The position numbers were made by a program, and so were the translations under genes. The notes below the pieces were generated by a model that had not been told where the DNA came from, searched no databases, and saw only the letters and a list, made by a program, of their open reading frames with translations. Below are positions 26,684 through 35,715 of a stretch of DNA of 36,846 nt, in pieces (within the stretch, counting starts at the first letter, position 1; every line of letters begins with the position of its first letter). Source of the stretch: a virus; the IMG/VR virus record IMGVR_UViG_3300045988_045270; one strand, given 5' to 3'.

Positions 26684-26945
26684 ATTTATTGACTTGATGT
26701 ATTGTGATTGTTCGAATGGCGCGCAAATTCTTGCATGTGCGCCGACTAGCGCATACATCAGTAAAGGTGACATTGTATGTATTGATGATATGACAGGATT
26801 TTACTTGGTTTCACGTCTGATAACTGTTGCGAAAGATTCAGACACTTACAAGTTTATTACTGATGTTTTAGGCACTCCGTCCACAGTAACGGACAAATAT
26901 ACTCATCAGGAAATCGGAGGAATTGAAGATGAACAATATTATTGA
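26676..26945 (+). CDS. Hypothetical protein
   Basis: ORF in operon context. Confidence 0.3.
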   Translation: MTKFIDLMYCDCSNGAQILACAPTSAYISKGDIVCIDDMTGFYLVSRLITVAKDSDTYKFITDVLGTPSTVTDKYTHQEIGGIEDEQYY

Positions 26946-27243
26946 AAGAACAGGATCAGACGTTACTTTTTCTAAAGAAGTATGTGAGAAAATCATCAGC
27001 CTTGAGAAACAGGCGAAAGATATCAAGAAACAGCAGGACAGCATGAAGAAAGAAATTCTTGATGCTATGCAAAAGTACGGCGTATTAAAGATTGACAACG
27101 AGTTTCTGAAAATCGCATTCATTCCAGAGCATGACACAGAAAAGTTTAACACCAAGACTTTTAAAGAAGAAAATCCTGATGTATACGACTTGTACGCAAA
27201 AATCTCAAAAGTAAAACCATCCATCCGCATTACGGTGAAATGA
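26923..27243 (+). CDS. Hypothetical protein
   Basis: ORF in operon context. Confidence 0.3.
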   Translation: MKMNNIIERTGSDVTFSKEVCEKIISLEKQAKDIKKQQDSMKKEILDAMQKYGVLKIDNEFLKIAFIPEHDTEKFNTKTFKEENPDVYDLYAKISKVKPSIRITVK

Positions 27244-27848
27244 TGGAAACATTCAGCATTAAAGGCGGTACGCTCGAATACTTCGATGATACTCATACAT
27301 ATCTGTATGATGGGCTTATGTTGCCAAGTGTCACACAGATTCTTGGCGTGAAGTATAGAAACGATTATGCAAGCGTGCCTCCTGCCGTGTTGGATAATGC
27401 ATCTAAACGAGGCACGGCAGTACATAAGGCAATCGAAAACTTTAATGTTTCTGGTTATGATGATGGAAGCGAATCAGTGCGAAACTTTAAGTTTCTGCAG
27501 AAACAATATGGGTTCGAGGTTCTGGACAGCGAGTTGCCGATTGTGATTTTCAAGGATGATATGCCGATTGCATGTGGACGGTTGGACATGACAATGCTGA
27601 TGGATGGTAAAACTGGCATTGCTGATATTAAAACCGTCAGTTCTTTAAACAAGGAAAAGATCGCATATCAGCTGAATTTATACAGAATCGGATTGATGCA
27701 AAGTTACGGAGTTGATGCAAAATTCTTGAAGATCATACATCTCAGGGATGGCATCAGGAAATTTATTGACAGCCCTGTAAACGAGAAAATGACATGGGAA
27801 TTAATAGAAGAATTTTTGGAGAAGGAATATGAGAAAAAGATGCAATGA
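27240..27848 (+). CDS. PD-(D/E)XK family nuclease (recombination exonuclease-like)
   Basis: ...GRLDM...ADIKT motif (D...[DE]xK) with upstream H/E residues. Located next to the ERF and SSB genes. Confidence 0.45.
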   Translation: MMETFSIKGGTLEYFDDTHTYLYDGLMLPSVTQILGVKYRNDYASVPPAVLDNASKRGTAVHKAIENFNVSGYDDGSESVRNFKFLQKQYGFEVLDSELPIVIFKDDMPIACGRLDMTMLMDGKTGIADIKTVSSLNKEKIAYQLNLYRIGLMQSYGVDAKFLKIIHLRDGIRKFIDSPVNEKMTWELIEEFLEKEYEKKMQ

Positions 27849-28272
27849 AAAAGTTGAAAACGTAGACTTTGAAAAGTTAAAGAAATGTTTAAAAGATCAT
27901 GGAATCAAGTACACAGACTTGTCTACAGTGTGCGGATATTATCCAAACTATATCAAAGATGTCGCTTTACCAAGGAATTTTCTAAACACACACGTTAGAG
28001 ATGTATTGACTTATGCTTATAAGATTGACCCTAGCGAGTATATAGATACACAGCCAAAAGAAGTAATCAACACAGAGGATACACAGCAAAAAGAAGTAGC
28101 CAACGCAGAAGATGATGAGATGTATACATTTACTTTTTCGATTAATTGGAAATTGTTAAAAAGATTGACGATGCTATCTATAAAAGAGCATATCACTATT
28201 GAGGGTTTAGTGTCTAAATTCATCATTAAAGGAATTGGCGAAAAAATTGTTGAGGAAAGTGAAAATGAATAA
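27829..28272 (+). CDS. Hypothetical protein
   Basis: ORF in operon context. Confidence 0.3.
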   Translation: MRKRCNEKVENVDFEKLKKCLKDHGIKYTDLSTVCGYYPNYIKDVALPRNFLNTHVRDVLTYAYKIDPSEYIDTQPKEVINTEDTQQKEVANAEDDEMYTFTFSINWKLLKRLTMLSIKEHITIEGLVSKFIIKGIGEKIVEESENE

Positions 28273-28663
28273 TGTTAGTTTGATCGGAAGACTTACAAAG
28301 GATGTTCAGGAACGCAGAACGCAGAACGGAACACCAGTTGTCTCATTCACATTGGCAGTTGATCGCAGAAAGAGAGAAGACGGAGCAGATTTTATCAACT
28401 GCATTGCATGGGACAAGGCTGCTGAAACAATCGCACGATATGTTCATAAGGGTGACTTGTTTGGAGTGACTGGATATATTCAGACAAGAAGCTACGAGAA
28501 GGATGGCAGAAAGAATTATGCGACAGAAGTAGTCACGACAGGTTTTCAGTTCTTGGAGCGCAAGCGTGAATCTGACAGCCCTAGCGGTCAAAATAAGAGC
28601 GATTCTTATGATGGTTGGGGGAATGCAAGTAACGACATAAATGACAGTGAACTTCCGTTCTAG
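28265..28663 (+). CDS. ssb: Single-stranded DNA-binding protein
   Basis: OB-fold N-terminus MNNVSLIGRLTKDVQERRTQNGTPVVSFTLAV, a Gly/Ser/Asn-rich linker, and an acidic C-terminal tip DSELPF. TAG stop. Confidence 0.85.
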   Translation: MNNVSLIGRLTKDVQERRTQNGTPVVSFTLAVDRRKREDGADFINCIAWDKAAETIARYVHKGDLFGVTGYIQTRSYEKDGRKNYATEVVTTGFQFLERKRESDSPSGQNKSDSYDGWGNASNDINDSELPF

Positions 28664-28675
28664 GCGGTAATAACG

Positions 28676-29125
28676 ATGATAGGAAATGCAAAAGCTATCA
28701 TCCAGTGGTTGTTCGACCAGCAGGATGCAGAAAAGCTGTACGAGATCAAAGAAAAGAAATCGAAAAGATCATTGACAGCCAATGCGTACTACTGGTCTTT
28801 ACTCAACCAGCTGGCGAGCATTATTAGAATGGATAACCAAGAATGCCACTTTCTTATGCTTAAACGATATGGGCAGTATGAGGTTGTCAGCATTTGTTCA
28901 GATGTGATCCTACATGGATATTTCAAGTATTATGAGGAGATAGGCAAAGGCACGGTAAATGGCAAGGAGTTTACACATTACAAGATTTATAAAGGCAGTT
29001 CACAGATGGATTCTAAGGAGTTTGCTATATTGCTTGACGGCGTAAGAAGCGAATGCGAAGAGTTAGGAATACCAGTGCTAACACCGTCAGAGATAGCACA
29101 GCTTAAATTTATAGGGGGTGATTAG
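28676..29125 (+). CDS. NinB/Orf-like recombination mediator
   Basis: RSLTANAYYWSLLNQLA resembles the lambda Orf motif RSLDQNRKLWACLGDVS. TAG stop. Confidence 0.4.
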   Translation: MIGNAKAIIQWLFDQQDAEKLYEIKEKKSKRSLTANAYYWSLLNQLASIIRMDNQECHFLMLKRYGQYEVVSICSDVILHGYFKYYEEIGKGTVNGKEFTHYKIYKGSSQMDSKEFAILLDGVRSECEELGIPVLTPSEIAQLKFIGGD

Positions 29126-29440
29126 TTGAGAGATTCAATTATGCCTAATGGCATGTATCAGGCTAACGGTCACACATATTATTACAGCAATCAGCGTTAT
29201 GAGGGCACACATAGGCATGAAATATTTTTTGGCACTGCCAACAGAAAAAAATCAATCAAGTATGGTCTTGTCGTATTCATCAGACCTGAAGATCACAACA
29301 TGTCTGAGTATGGCGTACACAACCGAAAAGGGCATGAATTTGATATGTATCTAAAAAAATTGGGGCAGGAAAGAGCCATGGACGAGTATTCATGGACAAC
29401 AGATGAATTTATCGACATTTTCGGAAAATCTTATCTGTGA
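29126..29440 (+). CDS. Hypothetical His-rich protein (start uncertain: TTG 29126 or ATG 29141)
   Basis: ORF in operon context. Confidence 0.3.
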   Translation: MRDSIMPNGMYQANGHTYYYSNQRYEGTHRHEIFFGTANRKKSIKYGLVVFIRPEDHNMSEYGVHNRKGHEFDMYLKKLGQERAMDEYSWTTDEFIDIFGKSYL

Positions 29441-29450
29441 GGTGATTTGA

Positions 29451-29849
29451 TTGTATAGAAAATATCACAATACAAAGACGGTTGCTGATGGCATCAAGTT
29501 CGATTCGAAGCTTGAAGCTGAACGGTATGCACAGTTGAAGATTCTGGAACGTGCAGGAGTTATAAGGGAGTTGGAATTACAGCCTTCTTTTGAACTTTTG
29601 CCGTCATTCAGGAAGAATGGCAAGACATGGCGTAAAACCGTGTATAAAGCCGATTTCAGGTACATTCTAGCCAAGGATGATAGAATTATCATTGAAGACG
29701 TAAAAGGCTCTACAGCGGTAATTACTGACGTTTTCCGTTTAAAACAAAAACTGTTCGAATACAAACATCCAGACTACACAATCAGCATCGTTACGAGTAA
29801 AGACATCAAGAAGTTTCAAAGAGAAACAAAATGCGGCAAAATGTGTTGA
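29451..29849 (+). CDS. DUF1064-family protein (putative PD-(D/E)XK resolvase-like)
   Basis: KFDSKLEAERYAQLKILERAGVIRELELQPSFEL...YKADFRY...IEDVKG matches the DUF1064 consensus. TTG start after GAGGTGA. Confidence 0.5.
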   Translation: MYRKYHNTKTVADGIKFDSKLEAERYAQLKILERAGVIRELELQPSFELLPSFRKNGKTWRKTVYKADFRYILAKDDRIIIEDVKGSTAVITDVFRLKQKLFEYKHPDYTISIVTSKDIKKFQRETKCGKMC

Positions 29850-29874
29850 CTTAATCACATTATGATGATAATAT
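29846..29874 (+). promoter_or_regulatory. Sigma-70-like promoter for the replication operon: TTGACT, 17-nt spacer, TAATAT
   Basis: Read directly from the sequence. Confidence 0.5.
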
Positions 29875-30029
29875 TATAGAGTAGCAAAAATCTACACCAC
29901 CTATTCAGTAACCGCCATTGCTGAATAGCAGTGAATTAAACTGAATAGGTACATGAACCGTATTGCATTAGGTTGGCGGACTTAATGTGATGCGGTTTTT
30001 TGTTTTTAGAAATAGGAGGGTTACTAACC

Positions 30030-30857
30030 ATGAATGATATAAAATTAAATGACATTGCAGATGATTTGTTGATCCTTAACAAAATAACTGTTGATAGGTT
30101 ATTTCAGCTTGAAAATTGTGCAGATTGTATTGCACTGTATGTGTTTTATTACAAAACAGCAAAGTGGCAGAAGACAAACACTGTGAAAGCAAACGATCAG
30201 TATGTGAAGAAGTCACTTAAATGGGGCATTTCAAAGATTCAGAAAACAAAGCAGGCGTTGAAGGAACACGGTCTGATTGATATTGTTCAGCGCAGAAAAG
30301 ATGGAAAAATCGAAGGCTGGTTCATAAAGGTTTCGTACCTTGTGAATGAAAGAAAAGCTGATGAAATCAAGATAAAAGTGCAAAATATCAACAATACCCA
30401 AAATCAACAAGTAGAAAATTGTACAAGTGGCAATGAAGAAACAAATGCTTTAAAAGAAAAAATTAAATGCTTAGAAAAAGAAATAGAAGTGCTTAAAGAT
30501 AATAAGAAAGAAAGAAAGCCAAAGAAGCAAACCAAGTCGTATGATGAACAGATTACTGAATACACAGAAAATGAAGAACTTCAGAATGCACTGAAAGCAT
30601 TTGTTCAGATGAGATCATTCATCAAGAAACCTATGACAGAGTATGCTCTCAAACTCATGCTGAAGAAACTTGATGAATTAGGAAATAACGACACGACAAA
30701 GATTGCTATTCTTAATCAGTCAATAACGCATAACTGGCAAGGAATCTTCCCATTAAAGGATGAATATACAAAGCAGGAGAAACAGCCAGAGAAGAAATAC
30801 GACCAGAACGGCTATGAGTCGGAAGAGGATCTCATGAAAATGTTCTACGGCAAATAA
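30030..30857 (+). CDS. Replication initiation protein (phage replisome organiser N-terminal domain plus DnaD-like C-terminal domain)
   Basis: RBS AGGAGGG. Central coiled-coil/linker and a C-terminal DnaD-like region (...FVQMRSFIKKPMTEYALKLMLKKL...W.GI). Confidence 0.55.
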   Translation: MNDIKLNDIADDLLILNKITVDRLFQLENCADCIALYVFYYKTAKWQKTNTVKANDQYVKKSLKWGISKIQKTKQALKEHGLIDIVQRRKDGKIEGWFIKVSYLVNERKADEIKIKVQNINNTQNQQVENCTSGNEETNALKEKIKCLEKEIEVLKDNKKERKPKKQTKSYDEQITEYTENEELQNALKAFVQMRSFIKKPMTEYALKLMLKKLDELGNNDTTKIAILNQSITHNWQGIFPLKDEYTKQEKQPEKKYDQNGYESEEDLMKMFYGK

Positions 30858-30922
30858 GTTTCAAAAAGAAACAAAATACGGAAAAATGTATTGCAATCGC
30901 TTAAATATTATGATATTATAAT
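30858..30922. repeat. 65-bp cassette, copy 1: palindrome GTTTCaaaaaGAAAC followed by -35 TTGCAA, 17-nt spacer, and an extended -10 TGaTATTAT
   Basis: Identical to 32707-32771 except for one A/T mismatch. Confidence 0.85.
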
Positions 30923-30949
30923 GTTGTAGAAAGAAAGAGGTACAAAGAT

Positions 30950-31144
30950 ATGACAGTAGAACAAACAACAGTAAATGGAAAGAAATATAATCACTGGGGA
31001 GACAGCATCAAGAGAGCTGAAATTGCAGAAGATGTTGAAACTGGAGAAGTAAAAGTGATCAGATACAACGGTTACCTAAGTAATGACTTATCAGTTAGAA
31101 AAGCCATTGCAAGAACATTTGGATTACCAACATTTAGAAAATAA
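30950..31144 (+). CDS. Hypothetical protein
   Basis: ORF with RBS AGAGGT. Confidence 0.35.
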   Translation: MTVEQTTVNGKKYNHWGDSIKRAEIAEDVETGEVKVIRYNGYLSNDLSVRKAIARTFGLPTFRK

Positions 31145-31181
31145 GAAAGAAAGAACATGAAAACATTAGGAGGAACGGAAA

Positions 31182-31397
31182 ATGAAAATTGTAAATGTGT
31201 CAAAATTATTTGGTTTGTGTGGCCCTCGCGGAGGAACAAAAAGTTATTTCGCTATCGTTAATGAGGAAGGAAACTTCCTCAGCCTTGACGGCGAAACCAC
31301 TTATATTCCTTGCGGTGGTAGATACACATTAAAGATTATCATGAGCCAACTTGATGGCTTAAAAGCCTCATGGCTTCCATTCAAATTAAGTAAATAA
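31182..31397 (+). CDS. Hypothetical protein
   Basis: ORF with RBS AGGAGGAA. Confidence 0.35.
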   Translation: MKIVNVSKLFGLCGPRGGTKSYFAIVNEEGNFLSLDGETTYIPCGGRYTLKIIMSQLDGLKASWLPFKLSK

Positions 31398-31579
31398 AAA
31401 AAGAGTGAAGCGATAACACATAAAACACCTTTAAAGAAAGAAGGACGGAAACATGAAAGAAACAAAAATCATTGATGGCCATATGGGCGACACCTTAATG
31501 GCAAATAATATGAAATATACAGACGATGCAGAGCATCCGTTAGACATATACTATGTTATCAAGTAGAGGGAAAAAGAAC

Positions 31580-31831
31580 ATGAAATTTGAAGAACTGTTA
31601 AAAATGCCTAAAAGCATGGATATTGAAGAATTCAACAAGCTTTTAAAAAAGCAAAAGAGAATTAAAAATCGTCTAACAAAAGTAAGCAATCTTATTTATG
31701 ATGAAATAGATAGTCTAGAAGTACTAAGCGATGAGATTGGAAGTGACCGTTACAACAGACATCTAGAAAAGTTACAAGAACTTGAGAATGAACAAGTGAA
31801 ATTATTGGAAAAATTAAAAGCCACCCTATAA
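31580..31831 (+). CDS. Hypothetical coiled-coil protein
   Basis: ORF with RBS GAGGGAAAAAG. Confidence 0.35.
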   Translation: MKFEELLKMPKSMDIEEFNKLLKKQKRIKNRLTKVSNLIYDEIDSLEVLSDEIGSDRYNRHLEKLQELENEQVKLLEKLKATL

Positions 31832-31861
31832 AGAGTGACTTTTGTAGGAAGGACTGACAAC

Positions 31862-32704
31862 ATGAAAAATACAGTTTTTAAGAACGAAAAGTATCCAACA
31901 ACGGAAGCAATCCAGAGGATGTTGAAAACATGCGATGAGAGCGATGAATATATCAAAGGCAATATGATTTACTGCCGAAAATGCAACGAGCCAAGAAGAA
32001 GGTGGTTGTCGATGGTCGGTGAATATTTTCCTGCAATGTGTTCATGCTTGATTGCTGAAAAAGACAGGAAGGAAGCAGAGAAAAAGAAACAAGACAGATT
32101 GGCACGAATTGAAGGATACAGGAATACGGGCTTTCCTGACAGAGAACTTCAGAAATGCCGATTCGATCACGACGATAAGAAATCAAAGAAGGCTAGCGAC
32201 ATGTGCAGGAATTATGCGAGAAGGTTTGACGAGTTCAAGAAAGCAGGTAAAGGGCTTATTCTGTTTGGTGGAGTTGGAACAGGAAAGACGTTTCTTGCAT
32301 CATGCATCGCAAATGAATTGATTGACAATGGTATTCCGTGTCTGGTCACAAATTTTGCACGAATCATCAATACATTGCAGGGAATGTATGAAGGGAAGCA
32401 GAAATATCTTGACAGCCTGAATGAGTTTGACCTTTTAGTTATTGATGATTTGGGAATTGAGCGAAACACGGAGTACGTCAATGAGCTTGTATATAACATC
32501 ATTGATGCAAGATACAGAAGCGGAAAGCCGATGATCATTACAACTAATCTGAAGTATTCTGATTTGTACCATACAGAAGACACAAGCAAAGCCAGAATCT
32601 ACAGCCGTATTATTGAAATGTGTCTTCCTGTACTTGTAAGCGGAGAGGATAGAAGAAAAAACAAGATGCAGGACTCAAGACTCATGGATATATTAAACGG
32701 TTAA
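31862..32704 (+). CDS. DnaC/DnaI-like helicase loader ATPase with an N-terminal Cys cluster
   Basis: Walker A LILFGGVGTGKTFLA and Walker B LLVIDDLG. N-terminal CRKCNEP...AMCSC zinc-binding-like motif. Confidence 0.8.
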   Translation: MKNTVFKNEKYPTTEAIQRMLKTCDESDEYIKGNMIYCRKCNEPRRRWLSMVGEYFPAMCSCLIAEKDRKEAEKKKQDRLARIEGYRNTGFPDRELQKCRFDHDDKKSKKASDMCRNYARRFDEFKKAGKGLILFGGVGTGKTFLASCIANELIDNGIPCLVTNFARIINTLQGMYEGKQKYLDSLNEFDLLVIDDLGIERNTEYVNELVYNIIDARYRSGKPMIITTNLKYSDLYHTEDTSKARIYSRIIEMCLPVLVSGEDRRKNKMQDSRLMDILNG

Positions 32705-32706
32705 AT

Positions 32707-32771
32707 GTTTCAAAAAGAAACAAAATACGGAAAAATGTATTGCAATCGCTTATATATTATGATATTATAAT
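32707..32771. repeat. 65-bp palindrome-plus-promoter cassette, copy 2
   Basis: See 30858-30922. It lies immediately after the stop of the DnaC-like gene. Confidence 0.85.
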
Positions 32772-32811
32772 AAGCGTAAAGAGAAAGGGAAAAAGAAAGG
32801 AAAAAAAGAAC

Positions 32812-33138
32812 ATGACAAACGCACAAATTATATTCAATGAAGCAGTTGAACTTATGAAAAATGGAAAAATCGGAACAACAGGCAATCAGTTTGAAGTTGA
32901 AGATGAAAACGGCAACAAAATGATCCTCGATGAACCAGAAGACATTCATACATTCCAAGCATGGAAAAAGCTCGGTTATTGTGTGAAGAAAGGCGAGAAA
33001 GCTGTTGCACAGTTCTACATCTGGAAATGTGTATCAAAGGAAGTTGAAAATAGCGAAGGAATAACCGAAGAACAGAAAAAAATGTTCATGAAAAAAGCAA
33101 GCTTCTTCAGCGCAAGCCAAGTGCAGGCAATGAATTAA
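32812..33138 (+). CDS. ArdC N-terminal-like (DUF1738-like) ssDNA-binding domain protein; possible anti-restriction function
   Basis: IHTFQAWKKLGYCVKKGEKAVAQFYIW...FFSASQVQ resembles the ArdC N-terminal motif W.TF.QA..LGG.V.KGEKG...F...QV. The call rests on motif recall. Confidence 0.35.
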   Translation: MTNAQIIFNEAVELMKNGKIGTTGNQFEVEDENGNKMILDEPEDIHTFQAWKKLGYCVKKGEKAVAQFYIWKCVSKEVENSEGITEEQKKMFMKKASFFSASQVQAMN

Positions 33139-33141
33139 TGA

Positions 33142-33170
33142 TATAAAGGCAAGCCCACCGCCATAAAGAG
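33142..33170. terminator. Hairpin GCCCAC-cgccataaaga-GTGGGC
   Basis: 6-bp GC stem read directly; the flanking T-run is weak. Confidence 0.3.
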
Positions 33171-33201
33171 TGGGCACACAAAAAAAGGAAGGTAAAAAAA
33201 C

Positions 33202-33450
33202 ATGAAACAAGTACATATTGGCTATCACAGTTTTACAAATTCAGGAATCGCGGAAGAAGTTGCGAACGTGTTATCTGAGGATGATTTTAACGTTGAATTA
33301 TTTGGCGTTGACTTATGGGCAGATGAATTGCCTAACAATTATCAGATTGTCGATTACGGGTCAAGAGAAACAATGCTAGTTTGTGAAGATGGCGAAATCA
33401 TTGATGATGCGGATGAAATTGCAGAATGGGAAGAAAAACATTGTTGTTAG
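33202..33450 (+). CDS. Hypothetical acidic protein
   Basis: ORF with RBS AAGGAAGG. Confidence 0.35.
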   Translation: MKQVHIGYHSFTNSGIAEEVANVLSEDDFNVELFGVDLWADELPNNYQIVDYGSRETMLVCEDGEIIDDADEIAEWEEKHCC

Positions 33451-33472
33451 TTTATAACAAAAGGAGAAAAAC

Positions 33473-33652
33473 ATGGAATATAACAAAGAGAATTACAAAG
33501 GAAGAAGAATCTGGCTTTTTCCAAATGATACATACATGAAAAAAGGAATCATCAAAAATGTTGATGGTTTAGGATTTACTATATTGATAACAGAAGCAGA
33601 AAAAGGATCTGGCTACAGAGTGGGGGGGAACATATTTTCTCAATCATGCTAG
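33473..33652 (+). CDS. Hypothetical protein (59 aa); TAG stop with TAA two codons downstream in frame
   Basis: ORF with RBS AAGGAGAAAAAC. Confidence 0.3.
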   Translation: MEYNKENYKGRRIWLFPNDTYMKKGIIKNVDGLGFTILITEAEKGSGYRVGGNIFSQSC

Positions 33653-33695
33653 CCATATTAAATTCTTCTTTCTGGATTAGTGGAGGAAAAAGAAA

Positions 33696-34181
33696 ATGAT
33701 CAATGCAGAAAAGTATAAGGATAAAATCCTAACTATTGCAGAAGACGGCTACATTTTTGCAATCAATAAGAATGACAAAAACAACGTGATAAGATGTTGT
33801 TCAGACATGAAATGCCAAGACTGTATGTTTGATGATGAAGAAAGTGAGGAGTGCGGATATAACCTTCCACGCTTGAAGTGGTTATTTGCTGAGTACAAAA
33901 GGCCAATCAAATTGAGCAGATTGGAATATGAAGTTTTAAAGCATGTGCAAAAAGAAGATTTTAATTTCATTATCAGAAACAATTATGGTGATTTATTTAT
34001 TCACGAAAATAAACCAATAAAGCCTGACAGTAGTATAGATTGGTGTACTACTGGTAAAAGTTATATATTATGTGCATTTAACGATTTATTCCAATTTGTA
34101 AAGTTTGAAGATGAAGAACCAAGATCAATTAAAGAGATTTTAAAAAATTGCGCTGTTGAAAATATTAAGGAGGAACAATAA
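33696..34181 (+). CDS. Hypothetical Cys-containing protein (AT-rich gene)
   Basis: ORF with RBS GGAGGAAAAAG. Cys cluster CCSDMKCQDCMF...EC. Confidence 0.35.
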   Translation: MINAEKYKDKILTIAEDGYIFAINKNDKNNVIRCCSDMKCQDCMFDDEESEECGYNLPRLKWLFAEYKRPIKLSRLEYEVLKHVQKEDFNFIIRNNYGDLFIHENKPIKPDSSIDWCTTGKSYILCAFNDLFQFVKFEDEEPRSIKEILKNCAVENIKEEQ

Positions 34182-34182
34182 T

Positions 34183-34596
34183 ATGCCAAATTGGTGCGTT
34201 TGTGCTCTAAGAGTACGTGGAAAACAGAAGGATTTACAGAACTTTGTTTTAGAAGGTTTAAAGCCTTGTGATCCTTTAAAAAAGGAACATGCTAAACTCG
34301 AACTAGATGAGTTTGGATATGTTGGCTGTAATGAAAAATGTTGGATTGAAGGCACAAGAAGAGGATTCGTTTATGGCCTAGATGTATATTTTGAAGATTA
34401 TGAGGATGATTCTATTCAGACTATTGCCCTAGATGCTGAATTTGCGTGGGCTATAAGTTCTGAAGAATTACTGAAAGTATGCCAGAAGTATCATGTTGAT
34501 ATGCGAATCTACGCTTTTAAGAAAGGGATGGAGTTTAATCTAGAAATTGAAATCATTAATGGGAAGATTACGAAGGACTCCTATTTCGGGTTTTAG
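34183..34596 (+). CDS. Hypothetical protein
   Basis: ORF with RBS AAGGAGGAAC and a TAATATG junction with the upstream gene. Confidence 0.35.
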   Translation: MPNWCVCALRVRGKQKDLQNFVLEGLKPCDPLKKEHAKLELDEFGYVGCNEKCWIEGTRRGFVYGLDVYFEDYEDDSIQTIALDAEFAWAISSEELLKVCQKYHVDMRIYAFKKGMEFNLEIEIINGKITKDSYFGF

Positions 34597-34644
34597 GATT
34601 ACGTCTGGGAATGCATCTGTCCAGACATGGGAGGATAAAAATAG

Positions 34645-35007
34645 ATGGATTCACAGGAATTAAATAAGGTATTCGATACGCTTGTGGCAAATTGTCCTGT
34701 ACTCGAAAAAGTATGCGAGATGTGGGGTAATCAGCATATGTTAACTATCGCAATGGAAGAAAATGCTGAACTTATACAAGCAATATCAAAAATTAAACGT
34801 AATGGATTGGACCCAATCAACGCTTCACACTTAGATGAAGAGGTTGCAGATGTATTGATATGCATATGTGAACTATATGCGATGGATTGTCTAGATGTAT
34901 ATGAAATTGCTGAAATCATAAAAAGCAAAGTAGGAAGATCTATGAAAAGAACTCAGGATTATATAAAAGATTTAGAAGAGGAGGCTAGATGCGATGGCAG
35001 TTTTTAG
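34645..35007 (+). CDS. MazG-like nucleotide pyrophosphohydrolase
   Basis: EENAELIQAISKIKRNG...HLDEEVADVLICICEL matches the MazG small-NTP-PPase motifs (E..E...EE..D). Confidence 0.65.
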   Translation: MDSQELNKVFDTLVANCPVLEKVCEMWGNQHMLTIAMEENAELIQAISKIKRNGLDPINASHLDEEVADVLICICELYAMDCLDVYEIAEIIKSKVGRSMKRTQDYIKDLEEEARCDGSF

Positions 35008-35326
35008 CGCTGAAAAAGTACAGGAAATTGTAGAAGAAAAGGAAGCTGAATACAAGAAGCTAGAAGAGGAGTATTCATATTTAAAAGAAGAATTTGAAGA
35101 TTTAAAGGCCTATTATGAAGATTTAAAAGATAAATGCAAAAGTTATGAAAAAGCAAACAAAACTATATTGTGCATCTATGATGAAGACTCAAAAAAGATG
35201 GAAGAACTTCAGAAATTAAACAATAAGCTTGTTAAAAACAATAAAGAAGCTAACAGAGATTTCTTTATTCTCGCAGTAGCCTATTCTGCTACACTGATGT
35301 TGATGATTTACTTATTTATCATATAA
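34994..35326 (+). CDS. Membrane-anchored coiled-coil protein
   Basis: Charged coiled-coil N-terminus and a C-terminal hydrophobic helix FFILAVAYSATLMLMIYLFII. Confidence 0.35.
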   Translation: MAVFSAEKVQEIVEEKEAEYKKLEEEYSYLKEEFEDLKAYYEDLKDKCKSYEKANKTILCIYDEDSKKMEELQKLNNKLVKNNKEANRDFFILAVAYSATLMLMIYLFII

Positions 35327-35334
35327 GGGGTGGA

Positions 35335-35538
35335 GTGACAATGAGAGTGAATGAAAATGTAAGCAGATGTAGAACTGACCAATCAATTTATATCCATTAT
35401 GATAATAGATGTATTCCAGGTACTGTAATAGATATCATTGATACTGAAGAATATAGACTAAATAGAGTGGGCGATATGTTAGTTACAAAGATTTATGCTT
35501 ATAAAAGTGGTTTATTTTTAGAGGCGGTGAAAGCATGA
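35335..35538 (+). CDS. Hypothetical protein
   Basis: ORF with RBS AAGGGGTGGAG. Confidence 0.3.
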   Translation: MTMRVNENVSRCRTDQSIYIHYDNRCIPGTVIDIIDTEEYRLNRVGDMLVTKIYAYKSGLFLEAVKA

Positions 35539-35696
35539 GATTAGAAATGAATAACTATTTAACAAAAAAAGTAGTCTACTTCACTTATCAACAGTTTTTG
35601 AACGAACTGGCAGAATTAAAAAAGAAATATTATGTCATTGGATACACTGTCAAGTCACAAGAAAATACTGCAGATGTTCAGTTAGTCGAAAAATAG
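35535..35696 (+). CDS. Hypothetical protein (53 aa)
   Basis: ORF overlapping the upstream stop codon. Confidence 0.25.
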   Translation: MRLEMNNYLTKKVVYFTYQQFLNELAELKKKYYVIGYTVKSQENTADVQLVEK

Positions 35697-35715
35697 ACGA
35701 AAAGAGGTTGAAAAT

